The notes: generated from the sequence alone by a model not told the origin. DNA of 64,000 nucleotides from Eledone cirrhosa (GCA_964016885.1 OZ024749.1:43462001-43526000); one strand, 5' to 3'. Shown: positions 28,678-43,114, counted from the first letter of the stretch. Translations and numbers: made by a program.

Positions 28678-29215
28678 TTGGCAGTATCGGTAGAGGGTCG
28701 GACGCCATGCTTTCCAGCATAGTTACGTCCCTTTACGATCTGAGTTCAAATCCCGTCGACGTTAACTTTGCCTTTCATCCTTACCGGAGCGATAAAATAA
28801 AGTACCAGTAATGAACTGGGTATTGCTGGCCTTGTGCCAAAAGTAGAAACAATTATTATTATTATTGCTCGGGCGGTGGATTGGCAGTATCGGTAGAGGG
28901 TCGGACGCCATGCTTTCCAGCATAGTTCCGTCCCTTTACGATCTGAGTTCAAATCCCGTCGACGTTGACTTTGCCTTGTATCCTTACCGGAGCGATAAAA
29001 TAAAGTACCAGTAATGAACTGGGTAATTGCTGGCCTTGTGCCAAAAGTAGAAACAATTATTATTATTGCTCGGGCGGTAGATGGCAGTGTCGTTAGTGCG
29101 GTGTTTAGGTTATAGGATTATGCCCCTTTATGATCTGAATTCAAATCCTGCCCTGGTTAGCTTTGCCTTTCATCCTTACAGGGTCGATAAAATAAAGTAC
29201 CAGTAATGCACTGGT
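28678..29215 (+). mobile_element. Three head-to-tail SINE-A copies
   Basis: Units at about 28678, 28871 and 29072; both junctions read 'attattgctcgggcgg'. Confidence 0.9.
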
Positions 29216-30060
29216 AGTGGTGGTAGTGGTGGTAGTGGTGGTAGTGGTGGTAGTGGTGGTAGTGGTGGTAGTAGAGGTGGTGGTGGTGGTAGTGGTGGTA
29301 GTGGTGGTAGTGGAGGTGGTGGTGGTGGTAGTGGTGGTAGTAGAGGTGGTAGTGGTGGTAGTGGTGGTAGTGGTGGTAGTGGAGGTGATGGTGGTGGTAG
29401 TGGAGGTGATGGTGGTAGTGGAGGTGATGATGGTGGTGGTGGTAGGGGTGGTGGTAGTGGTGGTAGTGGTGTTAGCGGAGGTGGTAGTGGTGGTAGTGGA
29501 GGTAGTGGAGGTGGTGGTGGTAGTGGTGGTAGCGGTGGTAATGGTGGTAGTGGTGGTAGTGGTGGTAGTGGTGGTAGTTGAGGTGGTGGTGGTGGTGGTA
29601 GTGGTAGTAGTGGTGGTGGTGGTGGTGGTGGTGGTGGTGGTGGTGGTGGTGGTGGTGGTGGAGGTAGTGGTGGTAGTGGTGGTGGTGATGGTGGTGGTGG
29701 TAGGGGTGGTAGTAGTGGTAGTGGTGGTAGTGGTGGTAGTGGGGGTAGTGATGGTAGTGGTGGTAGTGGAGGTGGTGGTGGTAGTGGTGGTACTGGAGGT
29801 GGTGGTGGTAGTGGAGGTGGTGATGGTGGTGGTGGTAGTGGTGGTAGTGGTGGTGGTGGTGATGGTAGTGGTGGTAGTGGGGGTGGTGGTGGTGGTAGTG
29901 GTGGTAGTGGTGGTACTGGAGGTGGTGGTGGTAGTGGAGGTGGTGATGGTGGTGGTGGTAGTGGTGGTAGTGGTGGTGGTGATGGTGGTGGTAGTGGTGG
30001 TAGTGGAGGTGGTGATGGTGGTGATCGTGGTTTGGTGTTAGTAGTGGTGATGGTGGTGTT
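29213..30060. repeat. (GTG/GTA/GAG)n trinucleotide satellite
   Basis: About 850 bp of GTG-based repeats; source of the poly-Val ORF. Confidence 0.95.
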
Positions 30061-30254
30061 GAGTTTGTATTATATTGCTTTCGTTTCTGTTGTGATAATT
30101 ATTTTAGTGGCAATGACTCGTGCTTGATATTTATATTTATATTTATATTTATATTTATATTTATATTTATATTTATATTAACGAAGTTCTTGTATTTATT
30201 TACTCCATTTCTCTGTTTCTTATTAGTATCTGACAGACAGAGGATATAGCAGAA

Positions 30255-30443
30255 GAAAATATAAAGAAAAGAAAAATATTTTTAAAAAAAAGAAAATATA
30301 AATAAAAGAAAATATAAATAAAAGAAAAATATTTAAAAAAAAAGAAAATATAAATAAAAGAAAATATAAAGAAAAGAAAAATATTAAAAAAAAAGAAAAT
30401 ATAAATAAAAGAAAATATAAATAAAAGAAAAATATTTAAAAAA
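30255..30443. repeat. A-rich minisatellite (about 60-bp period)
   Basis: 'aagaaaatataaataaaagaaaatataaa...aaaatattt' repeated about 3 times; (ATATTT)n just upstream at 30127-30178. Confidence 0.8.
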
Positions 30444-30749
30444 TCTTTTTTTTTTCATTCAAAACATAAAACTAACAAACAAACATGGCGGAGTCATTAT
30501 CAGTGGTGGTGTGGTGGTGGTGGTGGTGGTGGTGATGGTGGTGGTGGTGGTGGTGGTGGTTGTGTGGTGGTAGTGGTGGTGGCGGAGGAGGAGAGGGTTG
30601 TTGATGTTCCGTTGATCCGTTACGTCTGTCGCCAATAATCCCAGCCTCGTTTTATTGTTTAAATAAATTGAGTGGCTAACATACCAATTTCACCACCTCT
30701 TCTATCTATCTATCTATCTATCTATATATCCGCCCACCATTTCTCACAT

Positions 30750-30864
<115 letters not shown>

Positions 30865-30868
30865 CATG

Positions 30869-30912
<44 letters not shown>

Positions 30913-30993
30913 TATATATGTATGTGTGTATGTATATATACATAATGAGGAAGTTGTAGTTCACTTGAAGCATTGTGTAATGAAGTATAAACA

Positions 30994-31233
30994 TTTGGAG
31001 TTGTAAAGCCAAAACAATGCAGGTATGGATATAGAATATAAATGCAAATGCAAAAGATATTGTTGACAATTAGTCTGTTACCATAAATTTATTTTACATT
31101 AAATATTAAGGATATTTAAATAAATTTAAGACTAATTGTCAACAATAAAAGACTAATTGTCAACAATATCTTTTGCATTTGCATTTATATTCTATATACA
31201 TACCTGCATTGTCTTGGCATTACAACTACAAAC

Positions 31234-31283
<50 letters not shown>

Positions 31284-31382
31284 GTTTGGAGTTGTAAGGC
31301 CAAGACAATGCAGGTATGTATAATAAGGTCGTGAGTTATATATGTATATATATATATACATATATAACTCACGACCTTATTA
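30994..31382. repeat. Nested inverted repeats (Family H)
   Basis: 30994-31076 is inverted at 31150-31233 and re-inverted at 31281-31322 across (TA)n; a further IR at 31323-31382. Confidence 0.85.
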
Positions 31383-31484
31383 GTACAACTTAGTGGATTC
31401 TCTTCGCTACTAATCTACTCTTTACAATGTAAAGAGATTGACAATGATGTAAAGTTTACATCATTGTCAGCCTCTCATGACCTA

Positions 31485-31545
<61 letters not shown>

Positions 31546-31620
31546 GTGTGTGTGTGTATGTGTGTGTGTGTGCGTGTGTAGCTTCGTGTATGGGCATATG
31601 AATGTGTATGTTTCGTAATA

Positions 31621-31703
31621 TATAGTGTCGTCATGAATGAAATTTGTACAGATTTGTTTTTTCTCTACAAATTTCTACAAATTTCATGCTTGACGACCCA
31701 ATA
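31621..31703. mobile_element. About 80-bp mariner-type MITE (MADE-like)
   Basis: TIRs 'gtcgtca.g.atgaaatttgta' / 'tacaaatttcatgcttgacgac', TA flanks; second copy at 54644-54755. Confidence 0.65.
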
Positions 31704-32166
31704 TATGTATGAGTTGGTAAACATTTATGTACATAGCTGAGTGTACAAGCATCTATACACATAGACACACGAATATGTGTATATGTGTATGTGTTTGTGT
31801 TTATATGAATATGTTTATGTATTTGTTTATATGTCTCTCCATGTGTATCGGTCCAATCATGTGCATCTTGTCTGTCTATATGTCATTTTGTACTTATACA
31901 CTTAGATATATGCATGTATGTGCGTCTCTGTATCTGTGTGTGTGTGTGTGTGTGTCTATACATAAATATGTATACGTAATACCGTCTCTCTTCATTTTTT
32001 TATAATATATATATATATATATGAATGTGTGTATATACGCGTGTGTATATATTTATATATATATATATATATGTGTGTGTGTATATATGTGTATATATAT
32101 ATGTGTATCTATATGTATATATATACATACATATATATATAGACATCTATATATATACATCTATAT

Positions 32167-32200
<34 letters not shown>

Positions 32201-32285
32201 TTACATATACATATATATATTTACATATACATATATATATGCATATATATATGTATATGTGTCTGTATGTGTGTGTGTGTGTGTC

Positions 32286-32323
<38 letters not shown>

Positions 32324-32519
32324 TGTGTGTGTGTGTGTTTGTGTATAGTTTTGTTTTCCTTTTTAAACAACACTGATATTGATTGTCGTTAATGGAGTAG
32401 AAAACCTCCACAAGAAATTATAGAGAAAAGACGAGAAAAACATCAACTCCAGGCAGTATTTTCTCCGTCCTGATCAGCAATATGGCGGCATTTTGTTGTT
32501 GTATTGCTATTGTTGAGGT

Positions 32520-33005
32520 TGTTGTTGGTGGCGGTGGTGGTGGTGGTGGTGGTGGTGGTGGTGGTGGTGGTGGTGGTGGTGGTGGTAGTGGCTGTGGCGG
32601 TGGTGGCAGTGGTGGTGGTGGTAGTGGTTTATGATGGCAGCGGTGGTAGTGGTGGTCGTGGTCGTGGTGGCAGTGGTGGTCGTGATGGTGGTGGTCGTGA
32701 TGGTGGTGGCAGTGGTGGTCGTGATGGTGGTAGCAGTGGTGTTGGTGGTGGTGGTGGCGGCAGTGGTGGTCGGGATAGTGGTGGCAGTGGTGGTCGTGGC
32801 GGTGGCAGTGGTGGTGGTCGTGGTGGTGGCAGTGGTGGTAGTGGTGGTGGCAGTGGTCACAGTGGTGGTGGTGGTCGTCGTGATGGTGGTGGCAGTGGTA
32901 ATGGTAGTGGTGGCAGTGGTGGTAGTGGTGGCAGTGGTCGTGGTGGTGGTGGTGGTGGTGGTCGTCGTGGTCGTGGTGGTGGAAGTGGTGGTCGTGATGG
33001 TGGTG
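32520..33005. repeat. (GGT)n-derived trinucleotide satellite
   Basis: GTG/GCA/GTC variants; source of the Gly/His/Val-rich ORFs. Confidence 0.92.
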
Positions 33006-33045
33006 CCAATGTATCATGGCTGATGTGTTGATACTGTTGGTTGTG

Positions 33046-33613
33046 TAATTGTTTCTACATCGTGCACAAGACCAGCAATTTGAAAGGAAGGAGAAAGTCT
33101 ATTAAATCGACCCCAGTGCATTACTGGGACTTTATTTATCGACCCCGTAAGGAGGCAAAGCAAAGCTAACCTCAATACCACGAAGCATGGTAGTCGACGC
33201 TCCACGGATACTGCCAATCCACCACCAGTAATAATTGTTTCTACATTTGGCACAAGGCCAGCAATTACGCAGTGTATTACTGGTACTTTATTTTATCAAC
33301 CCCGTAAGGGTGAAAGGCAAAGTTAACCTCGGCGGGATTTGAACTCAGAATGGCAAGGGCCGTAACTCTATGCGTCAAACATGGCGTCCGACCCTCTACC
33401 GATACTGCCAATCCACCAATAATAATAATAATAATTGTTTCTACTTTAGGCAAAGGGCCAGCAATAACCCAGTGCATTACTGGTACTTTATTTTATCGAC
33501 CCCGTAAGGATGAAAGGCAAAGTCAACCTCGGCGGTATTTGAACTCAGATCGTAAAGGGACGTAACTATGCTGCAAAGCATGGCGTCCCACCCTCTACCG
33601 ATACTGCCAATCC
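33046..33613 (-). mobile_element. Three head-to-tail SINE-A copies of different subfamilies
   Basis: One long-type (deleted) copy and two short-type copies separated by (AAT)n. Confidence 0.9.
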
Positions 33614-34051
33614 AAATAATACAGTTTACTATTTGTATAATTATTATTACTACCACTATTATAATTATCAACAACATTACTATTACATTGGCTGCTTCTG
33701 TTATTGATGTTGTTATTGTTGTTGTTGTTGTCTTATTATTGTTGTTATTTCTGTTACTAGTACATTCCTCATTGCGACATGTTTTTCATGTGATGATTTG
33801 TTCTACTTTTTTTTGTATTTGTACTTTGTAACGATGGTTATTTGTTTGGTATTCTATTTTTTGGTATTCTAGTTTTTTTTGTGTTTTTTTTTAGGGGAGG
33901 GGGGCGGCTTGTTTTCTTCTGTGATTTATTGATTATTTTATGTTATTTTTGTTTTTATTTTGTTTTGTTTGTTTCTGTTCGTTCTAATGGTTGAGGCAAT
34001 CATATGTAACATAAGAAACACGGGCAGGGATAGACATTGCGGGTGACTATA

Positions 34052-34147
<96 letters not shown>

Positions 34148-34416
34148 CATATACATATATTTATTTATATATATATGTGTGTACATATATATATATATAT
34201 ATACATATATTTATTTATATATATATGTGTGTACATATATATATATATACATATATTTATTTATATATATATATGTGTGTACATATATATATATATATAC
34301 ATATATTTATTTATATATATATGTGTGTACATATATATATATATATACATATATTTATTTATATATATGTGTGTACATATATATATATATACATATATTT
34401 ATTTATATATATATTA

Positions 34417-34455
<39 letters not shown>

Positions 34456-34621
34456 ATATATATATTATATATATATATATATAGGGAGAGAGGGGGGAAG
34501 GAAGGGTGATGTGATGTATTATTGGGAGTAGCAAAGTAATCTGCTGCTAAAAACAATTCCACTTGCTAACAGGTCATTTGCACTGATACTGACGCAGACT
34601 AGACACACAGACATATATATA

Positions 34622-34677
<56 letters not shown>

Positions 34678-34794
34678 AATGTATATATATACACAGACAT
34701 AAATGTAAATATATATATATATATATAAATATAGACATAACATATACATACATATAAATATACATACATATATAAATATATATATATATATGTG

Positions 34795-34874
<80 letters not shown>

Positions 34875-34931
34875 CACATATATATATATATATTTATATA
34901 TGTATGTATATTTATATGTATGTATATGTTA

Positions 34932-34990
<59 letters not shown>

Positions 34991-35213
34991 GTACAATATA
35001 TATAAGTACATATAAGTATATACAGTACATATAAGTATATATAAGTATATATAAGTATATATATACTTATATATAAGTACATATAAGTATATACAGTACA
35101 TATAAGTATATATAAGTATATATAAGTATGTACAGTATATATAAGTATAACAGCCGTACTAAGAGTGGGAAATGAAATTTCGTTTCATTTTTTCCGTTTA
35201 TATATATATATAT

Positions 35214-35409
35214 AGGAACGAGTAGGACCCCGACGGCTGAGCTCAAGCCGTTTCGACGGCTAATTCTGGACTAGTCCAGAATTAGCCGTCGAAACGGCTT
35301 GAGCTCAGCCGTCGGGGTCGTACTCGTTCCTATTACCTACTCTACTACCCTAAGTATTGAGTACTTTGTTGCGTTATGGTCCACCTGGTTCCTTACCACA
35401 TTTCCTTCG

Positions 35410-35411
<2 letters not shown>
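35214..35411 (+). mobile_element. Family B fold-back element, best copy
   Basis: About 60-bp arms centred at 35272/35273. Stem 35255-35290, GAAAC 35291-35295, ggct/agcc stem, GUC 35311-35313. (TA)n flanks. Confidence 0.9.
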
Positions 35412-35462
<51 letters not shown>

Positions 35463-35917
35463 CATACATACATAGTATTGGAGAAACTAATTACAAAAAT
35501 TGAGATCAACGTATCTGTGATATTAGGTTCATTTTTAGGCACACCTTGCATTAAGTTGTGTTCTATATGTGAATGAATGTAGATAGGTCGGCTAGTCTAC
35601 AGGTGAAGTCGTCTGGTCGGTTAAACGTCAGCAAGGTTGTGGGTTGGTTGGTTAGCCTGAAATCTAGTGGAAACATTTGCTATGATTTTCTTTACTCTCT
35701 TCTCTACTTTTTAATTAAATTATCATTATCATTACTTATAGTATTCTTATTTTTGTGCTTAGTGTTGTTATTTTTATTGTTAGTATTATATTTGTGTTGC
35801 TATTATTGTTGCTGTTGTTGTTACTGTCTTTCTTGCCATTTTTAATTTAATCAACGTATTTTCTGTTGCCAGCTGCTCTAGAGAAAAATGTATGTATGAA
35901 AGAAATATTAGTGTATG

Positions 35918-36384
<467 letters not shown>

Positions 36385-36644
36385 CATACATACATACATA
36401 TGTATTATGTAAAAAGTTTAGAGACGATATTTTCCTGAAGTTATCTAAACAAATTACAGACAATTATCTAAAGACATTTTGCGGTTTGTCAATGACAATT
36501 AGATAATCTCTAGACTTGATTGTTATCAGATATGGCTGGGTGGTCAAAGTATCTGTAATACTAGGTTGAGCGCCAAACTTACGGCTTAACTTGATCTGTT
36601 GTATTTTCGAATATCCCCAATGTCAAATTTATATATTATTTGAC

Positions 36645-36871
36645 AAGGTTAACTTTGCCTTTCATCCTTACGGGGGGCGATAAAATAAGGTACCAGTAAT
36701 ATACTGAGATAATTGCTGGCCTTGTGCCTAAAGTAGAAACAATTATTTGACAATAAACAATAAAGGGCGGAGGATTGGCAGTATCGGTAGAGGGTCGGAC
36801 GCATGCTTTGACGCATAGAGTTACGGTCCTTGCCATTCTGAGTTCAAATCCCGCCGTGGTTAACTTTGCCT
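36645..36871 (+). mobile_element. 5'-truncated SINE-A with TSD, then a SINE-A 5' half broken by (TA)n
   Basis: attatttgacaa flanks the first piece; the second piece (36764-36871) ends at 'aactttgcctc'. Confidence 0.85.
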
Positions 36872-37006
36872 CTATATATATAACTTATATATAGAGGTAT
36901 AACTTTGCCTCATATATATATGTATATATTTATATATGTATGTATATATATAAATATATATTTATATATGTATGTATATATATAAATATATATTTATATA
37001 TGTATG

Positions 37007-37059
<53 letters not shown>

Positions 37060-37229
37060 GATATTAAATAAATGGAAACTATATTTATAAAACCATATTT
37101 ATTTCACTATACATATTTCAGGGATATCAGTTATAAAATATTTACTTGTTGTATTCCAACAATTTTAAATAGAACTTTTGCATATATATATATATATTTA
37201 TATATATACATACATATATAAATATATAC

Positions 37230-37275
<46 letters not shown>

Positions 37276-37446
37276 AGAAGAAGTTTATGAAATGGAAATG
37301 CGGGTATACAGAATTTATTAGGTAACAATTGTTTCTATAGTGTATGGGTTACCTATACCTCGCTATTTGAATAATATAAAAATATTATCATAAACCGAAG
37401 GTACACTGTAAGCAAACATACCATGTCGTCAGACCTTTGTATTGGA

Positions 37447-37512
<66 letters not shown>

Positions 37513-38011
37513 GTATCTTCTCCCAAAATTATTAACGTTTATATAAATCCCCCCCCCCCCAGTTACCATCCTGCCCTCCACCTTTCTCACATCAAACCCC
37601 TCATCATTCCCATATGAAGCCATGTTCACTATTTCACTATTTCCCTATTTCACTATCACCTCCGTTCTAGATATTTATCTGATTTGCTCACTTTATTTCA
37701 CAGCTTGCTCGCCTCCTACTTGTGTAGTTTCCCCTTCAGCTATTCTCTATTAACTAGTGTTCCGTTACGTATTTTATTCTTTTCTGTGCTGTTAATACCT
37801 CACTTTCTTACATTTTGTTTCACATAGTTATATAGTTATTTAGTGTCCATTGTCAATTATGTATTCAGCGTTGGAACTTTTGTCAACTTTCGAGACACAT
37901 TTTCATTTCCTATTGACATATATTTTATACTTTATTTACATGTCGTTTGTTTGTTTAACGTTTATGTTTTATATACATATATATATATATACATATATAT
38001 ATATGTGTGTT

Positions 38012-38109
<98 letters not shown>

Positions 38110-38181
38110 TCTCTTACTCTCTCTCTCTATATATATATATATATGTGTGTGCGTGTGTATATATATATATATCACTCTCTT

Positions 38182-38232
<51 letters not shown>

Positions 38233-38249
38233 TTATATATATATATATA

Positions 38250-38307
<58 letters not shown>

Positions 38308-38313
38308 TCTCTT

Positions 38314-38388
<75 letters not shown>

Positions 38389-38566
38389 ATATGTATACCT
38401 GTCTTGCATTTCTCTAAGCAGTCTTCTTGGATATGAAGCACCATAGCTATATATATGCCTCTGAGTGCCTCTCGGTGAGTAGATGTGGATAAGTATATGT
38501 CTTTACGCGTTCACATATGGTGCACATACGTATACGCCTACATCATAAACTATTGGGCACACACAC

Positions 38567-38631
<65 letters not shown>

Positions 38632-38906
38632 TGTGTGCATGCATGTAACGCTTAACATTCTTTTAGCATAATATTTAAACTTAAATGATTCATTTATCTA
38701 TGTATGTATATATGTATATATACATACATATATTTTCTATATATATATACATGCGTACATATATACATATACACACATATACACACATTCACACAGAATT
38801 GCTTCGGAAGTTGAGTAAGACTGAGACTGTTTCCTTCGTTTGAAATCATGAGCATTTTCATGATGATTTTAAACGAATGAAGCAGTTTGTGTGTGTGGGT
38901 GTGTGT

Positions 38907-39049
<143 letters not shown>

Positions 39050-39391
39050 CATACACGGAACAAAAGTGCTACGTTTCATGGGTCAATTTTGACCATCTCC
39101 CAGATTATAAGGAGCAATCAAACTTGTGAACTATTCATCAAGTTCTTGAACGAGTTTGAAGATACTGTTAAAAAATATATCACGTTAAACGCTTCCTTAT
39201 AAAAACGTAGTATAACAAAAGGAAATAACTCATAGATGTCAAAATCTTGTGTTAGTGTGTACACAAAATAACAGATGCATGGTATTATGTTGTGGTATGT
39301 AATATAGATATGTGTGTATCTATTAAGCTATGGAGTTGAATAGTATAGGTGTCACGTATTATGTAAGTATGGAAAAAGAAAAGTATATTCT

Positions 39392-39600
39392 CGTTGTAAT
39401 AACATAACTAATAAATACCAGAAGACCAAACTTAACACCTATATCATGATCAACGATGAAGCCAAAGATATTGCTAGAAATTTTAAGACTAACACGAGAG
39501 GAGAACATTTATCTAAACGTGATGCCTTCATTATACTGAAGGGTCATAAATCCGACTACACAAACATGCTTACCTGTAGATTGATAAATCCTGTAAGGAC
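39392..39600 (+). pseudogene. Penelope-like (Naiad-type) reverse transcriptase N-terminal fragment
   Basis: In-frame NNITNKYQK...INDEAKDIARNFKTNTRGEHLSKRDAFIILKGHKSDYTNMLTCRLINP resembles the recalled PLE pattern NITKTYKK...IN.EAK.IA...AFITLKDHK.NF...P.CRLINP; truncated by SINEs. Confidence 0.75.
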
Positions 39601-39623
39601 AAGGTTAGGGCTAGCTAGACATC

Positions 39624-40032
39624 TTGGCAGTATCGGTAGAGAGTCGGACGCCATGCTTTGACGTATAGAGTGACGGCCCTTGCCATTCTGAGTTCAAATA
39701 CCGCCGAAGTTAACTTTGCCTTTCATCCTTACGGGGTCGATAAAATATAGTACCAGTCACGTACTGAGGTCGATTTAATCGACTTTCCCCTTCCCCCAAA
39801 TTACTGGCCTTGTGCCTATACCAGAAATCATTATTAAATATTCATCAGGGCGGTGGATTGACAGTATCGGTAGAGGCTCAGACACGGTATAGAGTTATGG
39901 CCCTTTATGAACTGAGTTCAAATCTCGCCGAGGTTAACTTTGCCTTTCATTCTTACGGGGTCGATAAAATAAAGTACCATTAATGCAGTGGAGTAATTGC
40001 TGGCCTTGTGCCAAAAGTAGAAACAATTATTA
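39624..40032 (+). mobile_element. Two SINE-A copies (long then short subfamily)
   Basis: A/B boxes, core and tails in both. Confidence 0.9.
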
Positions 40033-40580
40033 TATAGTCATCTATACACGGAAATATAAACATATATTTATTCACCTAAACATATAGATTGACACACAAC
40101 TCTTACTTTATTTTTAAAATTCGTTTGTGTGGGTTATATCCACGTGCGCCAGTGAATATGAATCAATGTGAACATACTTGTACGAAAATTTACATACAAA
40201 CTTATGTGTGTGGGGGTTGGGAATTAACGTTTGTTTGTTTTATTATTATTTTTTTTTTTTTGGCATTCGAAGACATCGATCCGTTTTTCTTTTAATTCCT
40301 TTATTTGCTATGGGTTCCCTGCATACATAAACATGTTACTGTTGTACATATGCAAGTAAAATAGCGAACACAATTTAGTTCTAAAAATATTTGTCAAAAT
40401 ACTATATGTGACTGCATGTAACAATATGTATAGTGACTTTGTCTTCATAAACAATCTCCAATCGATTTTTCCAAAAACAAATGAAATATCTACATTTGCA
40501 CGTTAAACTTCACGTGCGTTTCAATGTATTCCTTCATATAGGCGTGCATTCCTAACATATACAGAGAGAGAGAGAGTGAG

Positions 40581-40657
<77 letters not shown>

Positions 40658-40944
40658 AAAGTCACTATGATATAAATATATACGCACGCAAACACACACA
40701 TTCATACATGCAATTGTACAAATGCATCACTACAAACACACATATATATATATGTGTGTGTGTGTGTGTGAGTGAGTGTCGATATATATGTGCGCATATA
40801 TATATTTTTTTTTATTATTATTTATATATTTATATATTTTTTTTATTATTTATATATTTATATATATATATATTGTGCTTTACATCTGTCTTTTCTTCCA
40901 TATTATCTATTATTTTATCGTTACATCTTTACATCAAACAGTGA

Positions 40945-41125
40945 GTATGTTCTAGAAGGACATACAAACGAAAATCCATGAAGAAAATGACGCAACCTTC
41001 TTCAATGTTTGTCCTTGAGACTTGTTTATTGTTGTTGAAAACATTAAATACTTCTCTGTTCCTCTCTCTAAAGGCAAATTGAGTTCGATCCGTTGGAAAT
41101 TTGGCGATAAAACTTTAGATCCTGA
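40945..41125 (-). pseudogene. Helitron/PIF1 helicase C-terminal motif remnant
   Basis: Minus strand 41044-40988 gives MFSTTINKSQGQTLKKVA (cf. FAMTINKSQGQTL), then after a frameshift FLHGFSFVCPSR (cf. FSHGQLYVA.SR). Confidence 0.72.
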
Positions 41126-41353
41126 TTATCAATTGTTCATCAACTTTTCTTGGTTAGGAAGTGAAGATACTGTCTTTCTCTGGAAAATTATTCAGTAACG
41201 GCGCGATGAGTTTGATAATTCTTTATCAAATCTTAAATTTACTGCACAAACTTCTTGTGTTCATCTTAGAGGAAATAGTATAGGACTACACTTGAACCTA
41301 CAATCACAGGGAACGAAGAATCGCAACTGACACACTGAGCTGTGAACTTTAAA

Positions 41354-41444
<91 letters not shown>

Positions 41445-41457
41445 GTATATGTATATA

Positions 41458-41497
<40 letters not shown>

Positions 41498-41599
41498 TAC
41501 TAGGGAGAGGATCAGGGGTGTATAACACTCCACTTATTATTTTTCATTCTTCAATGTCTTGGATTTGTTATTGCGTGTGTGGTATGTAATTAACCTTTA

Positions 41600-41645
41600 T
41601 GCTCTGATGAGTCCCACTTATAGTGCGGATGAAACAATGTTAGCA
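41600..41645 (+). ncRNA. Type I hammerhead ribozyme motif
   Basis: tgct-CUGAUGA-gtcc-cact-tat-agtg-c-ggat-GAAAC-aat-GUU-agca; all three stems close; lies in a (TA)n-flanked 41495-41695 insert. Confidence 0.75.
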
Positions 41646-41687
41646 AGTAAAGATATGCATATGCTATAGGCGTTCTTTGTTATTTAT

Positions 41688-41727
<40 letters not shown>

Positions 41728-41729
<2 letters not shown>

Positions 41730-41915
41730 CGAAGGAATTGTGGTAAGGAACCAGATGGACCATAACGCATCAGAGTACTCAATACTTAGGGTAGTAGAGT
41801 GGGTAATAGCAAAAGGTATGACCCCGACGGCAGAGCTCAAGCCGTTTCGACGGCAATTTCAGTTCAGAAATAGCCGTCGAAACGGCTTGAGCTCTGCCGT
41901 CGGGGTCATACTTTT

Positions 41916-41918
<3 letters not shown>
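41728..41918 (-). mobile_element. Family B fold-back element (subfamily 2)
   Basis: Arms centred at about 41863 with non-palindromic loop 'agttca'; TA flanks. Confidence 0.88.
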
Positions 41919-41976
<58 letters not shown>

Positions 41977-41979
41977 AAA

Positions 41980-42169
41980 GGATCGATCGACTTTCGTCAA
42001 ATCGGACCGAGGAAACAATGTTTCCGTTGGTCTTTCCAGTTGCTAGTACTATCTATCGGTCGCAACTCCAGGTAGAAGGAGCAACGTGAAATAAAGTGTC
42101 TTGCTCAAGTACATAACGCATCGCCTGGTCCAGAAATCGAACTCACAACCTCAAGATTGTGAATCCAAT
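41980..42169 (-). mobile_element. CORE-type SINE, 5'-truncated copy of 19788-20004
   Basis: Near-identical inverted sequence. Confidence 0.85.
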
Positions 42170-42683
42170 ATATATATATATACTGTACGTCATTGCTATG
42201 CTAATACTCAGGAGTACACAGACCAACGTGTATACTTCGTCGAGAGCTCTATCCTGCGTATAATAGTGTCGCTTGATTAACCAAAACAAATTATACCAAA
42301 TATATATATATATATCAGGACAGTGACGAAAAAATAATTATATTTTTGTCTATTATTTCCTCACATTTATACTTTGATGTATGTGTGTGTATGTGTGTGT
42401 ATCTGTGTATATTGCTTGCCATGTATTTTTTTGGTACGTCTGTGTGTTGTGCTGAGCAGTTTCTTCAGTTAATTTTGTCAGATGTATAGAAGGTTTTTAA
42501 GCTATCAAAAACAATGGATATATATCATTTGACATAGTTCATATAACTCGGTCAATGTTTCAAGGTGTGTTTGGCAGCTTTAAAAGAATTGCTTTTAAAT
42601 GTTCTACTTTCGACATTTCTTCTGATAGGCTATATACCATATAAATAAACACACACACAAATTATATATATATATATATATAT

Positions 42684-43030
42684 AGAAAAAAAGATGAAAT
42701 CGAAAATGCAACTGGAGTCTTATTTTAAAAAAAATATATTTATTTATTTGGTTTCTTTACCGGTTTCGCAGTTCTTCTGCTTTTCAAAAGTAGAGTTGAG
42801 ATGGAGGGTCTGTGGGTCACATCTGTGAGAAAAACCACAAACCATCTTAACCTTACTTTTGAAAAGCAAAAGAACTGCGAAACCGGTAAAGGAACCAAAT
42901 AAATATATATATTTTTTTTTAAATAAGACTCCAGTTGCATTTTCGATTTCATCTTTGTTTCTTTATACTTCCACTCGTGTAGAACACCTCGGTTATTTTT
43001 CATTTTGTAAAAAAAACCTCACTTTCTAAT
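42684..43030 (+). mobile_element. Family E fold-back element
   Basis: Imperfect hairpin 42768-42878, GAAAC-cg-GUA at 42879-42888, about 80-bp outer inverted arms, unique tail to (TA)n. Confidence 0.85.
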
Positions 43031-43051
43031 ATATATATATATATATATGTG

Positions 43052-43114
<63 letters not shown>

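Noticed and set aside
28678-29215. CRISPR-like or tRNA-gene array
   Set aside because: Units are about 190-bp SINEs without unique spacers; heads have A/B boxes but no full cloverleaf.
32418-33031. His-rich or Gly-rich structural protein gene (cephalopod beak-protein-like)
   Set aside because: Open in several frames on both strands owing to GGT periodicity; no signal peptide or splice context seen.
36645-36871. Circularly permuted SINE
   Set aside because: The first piece has its own TSD, so these are two independent insertions.
42185-42270. Further hammerhead on the minus strand
   Set aside because: A hairpin is present but both core boxes would need several changes.
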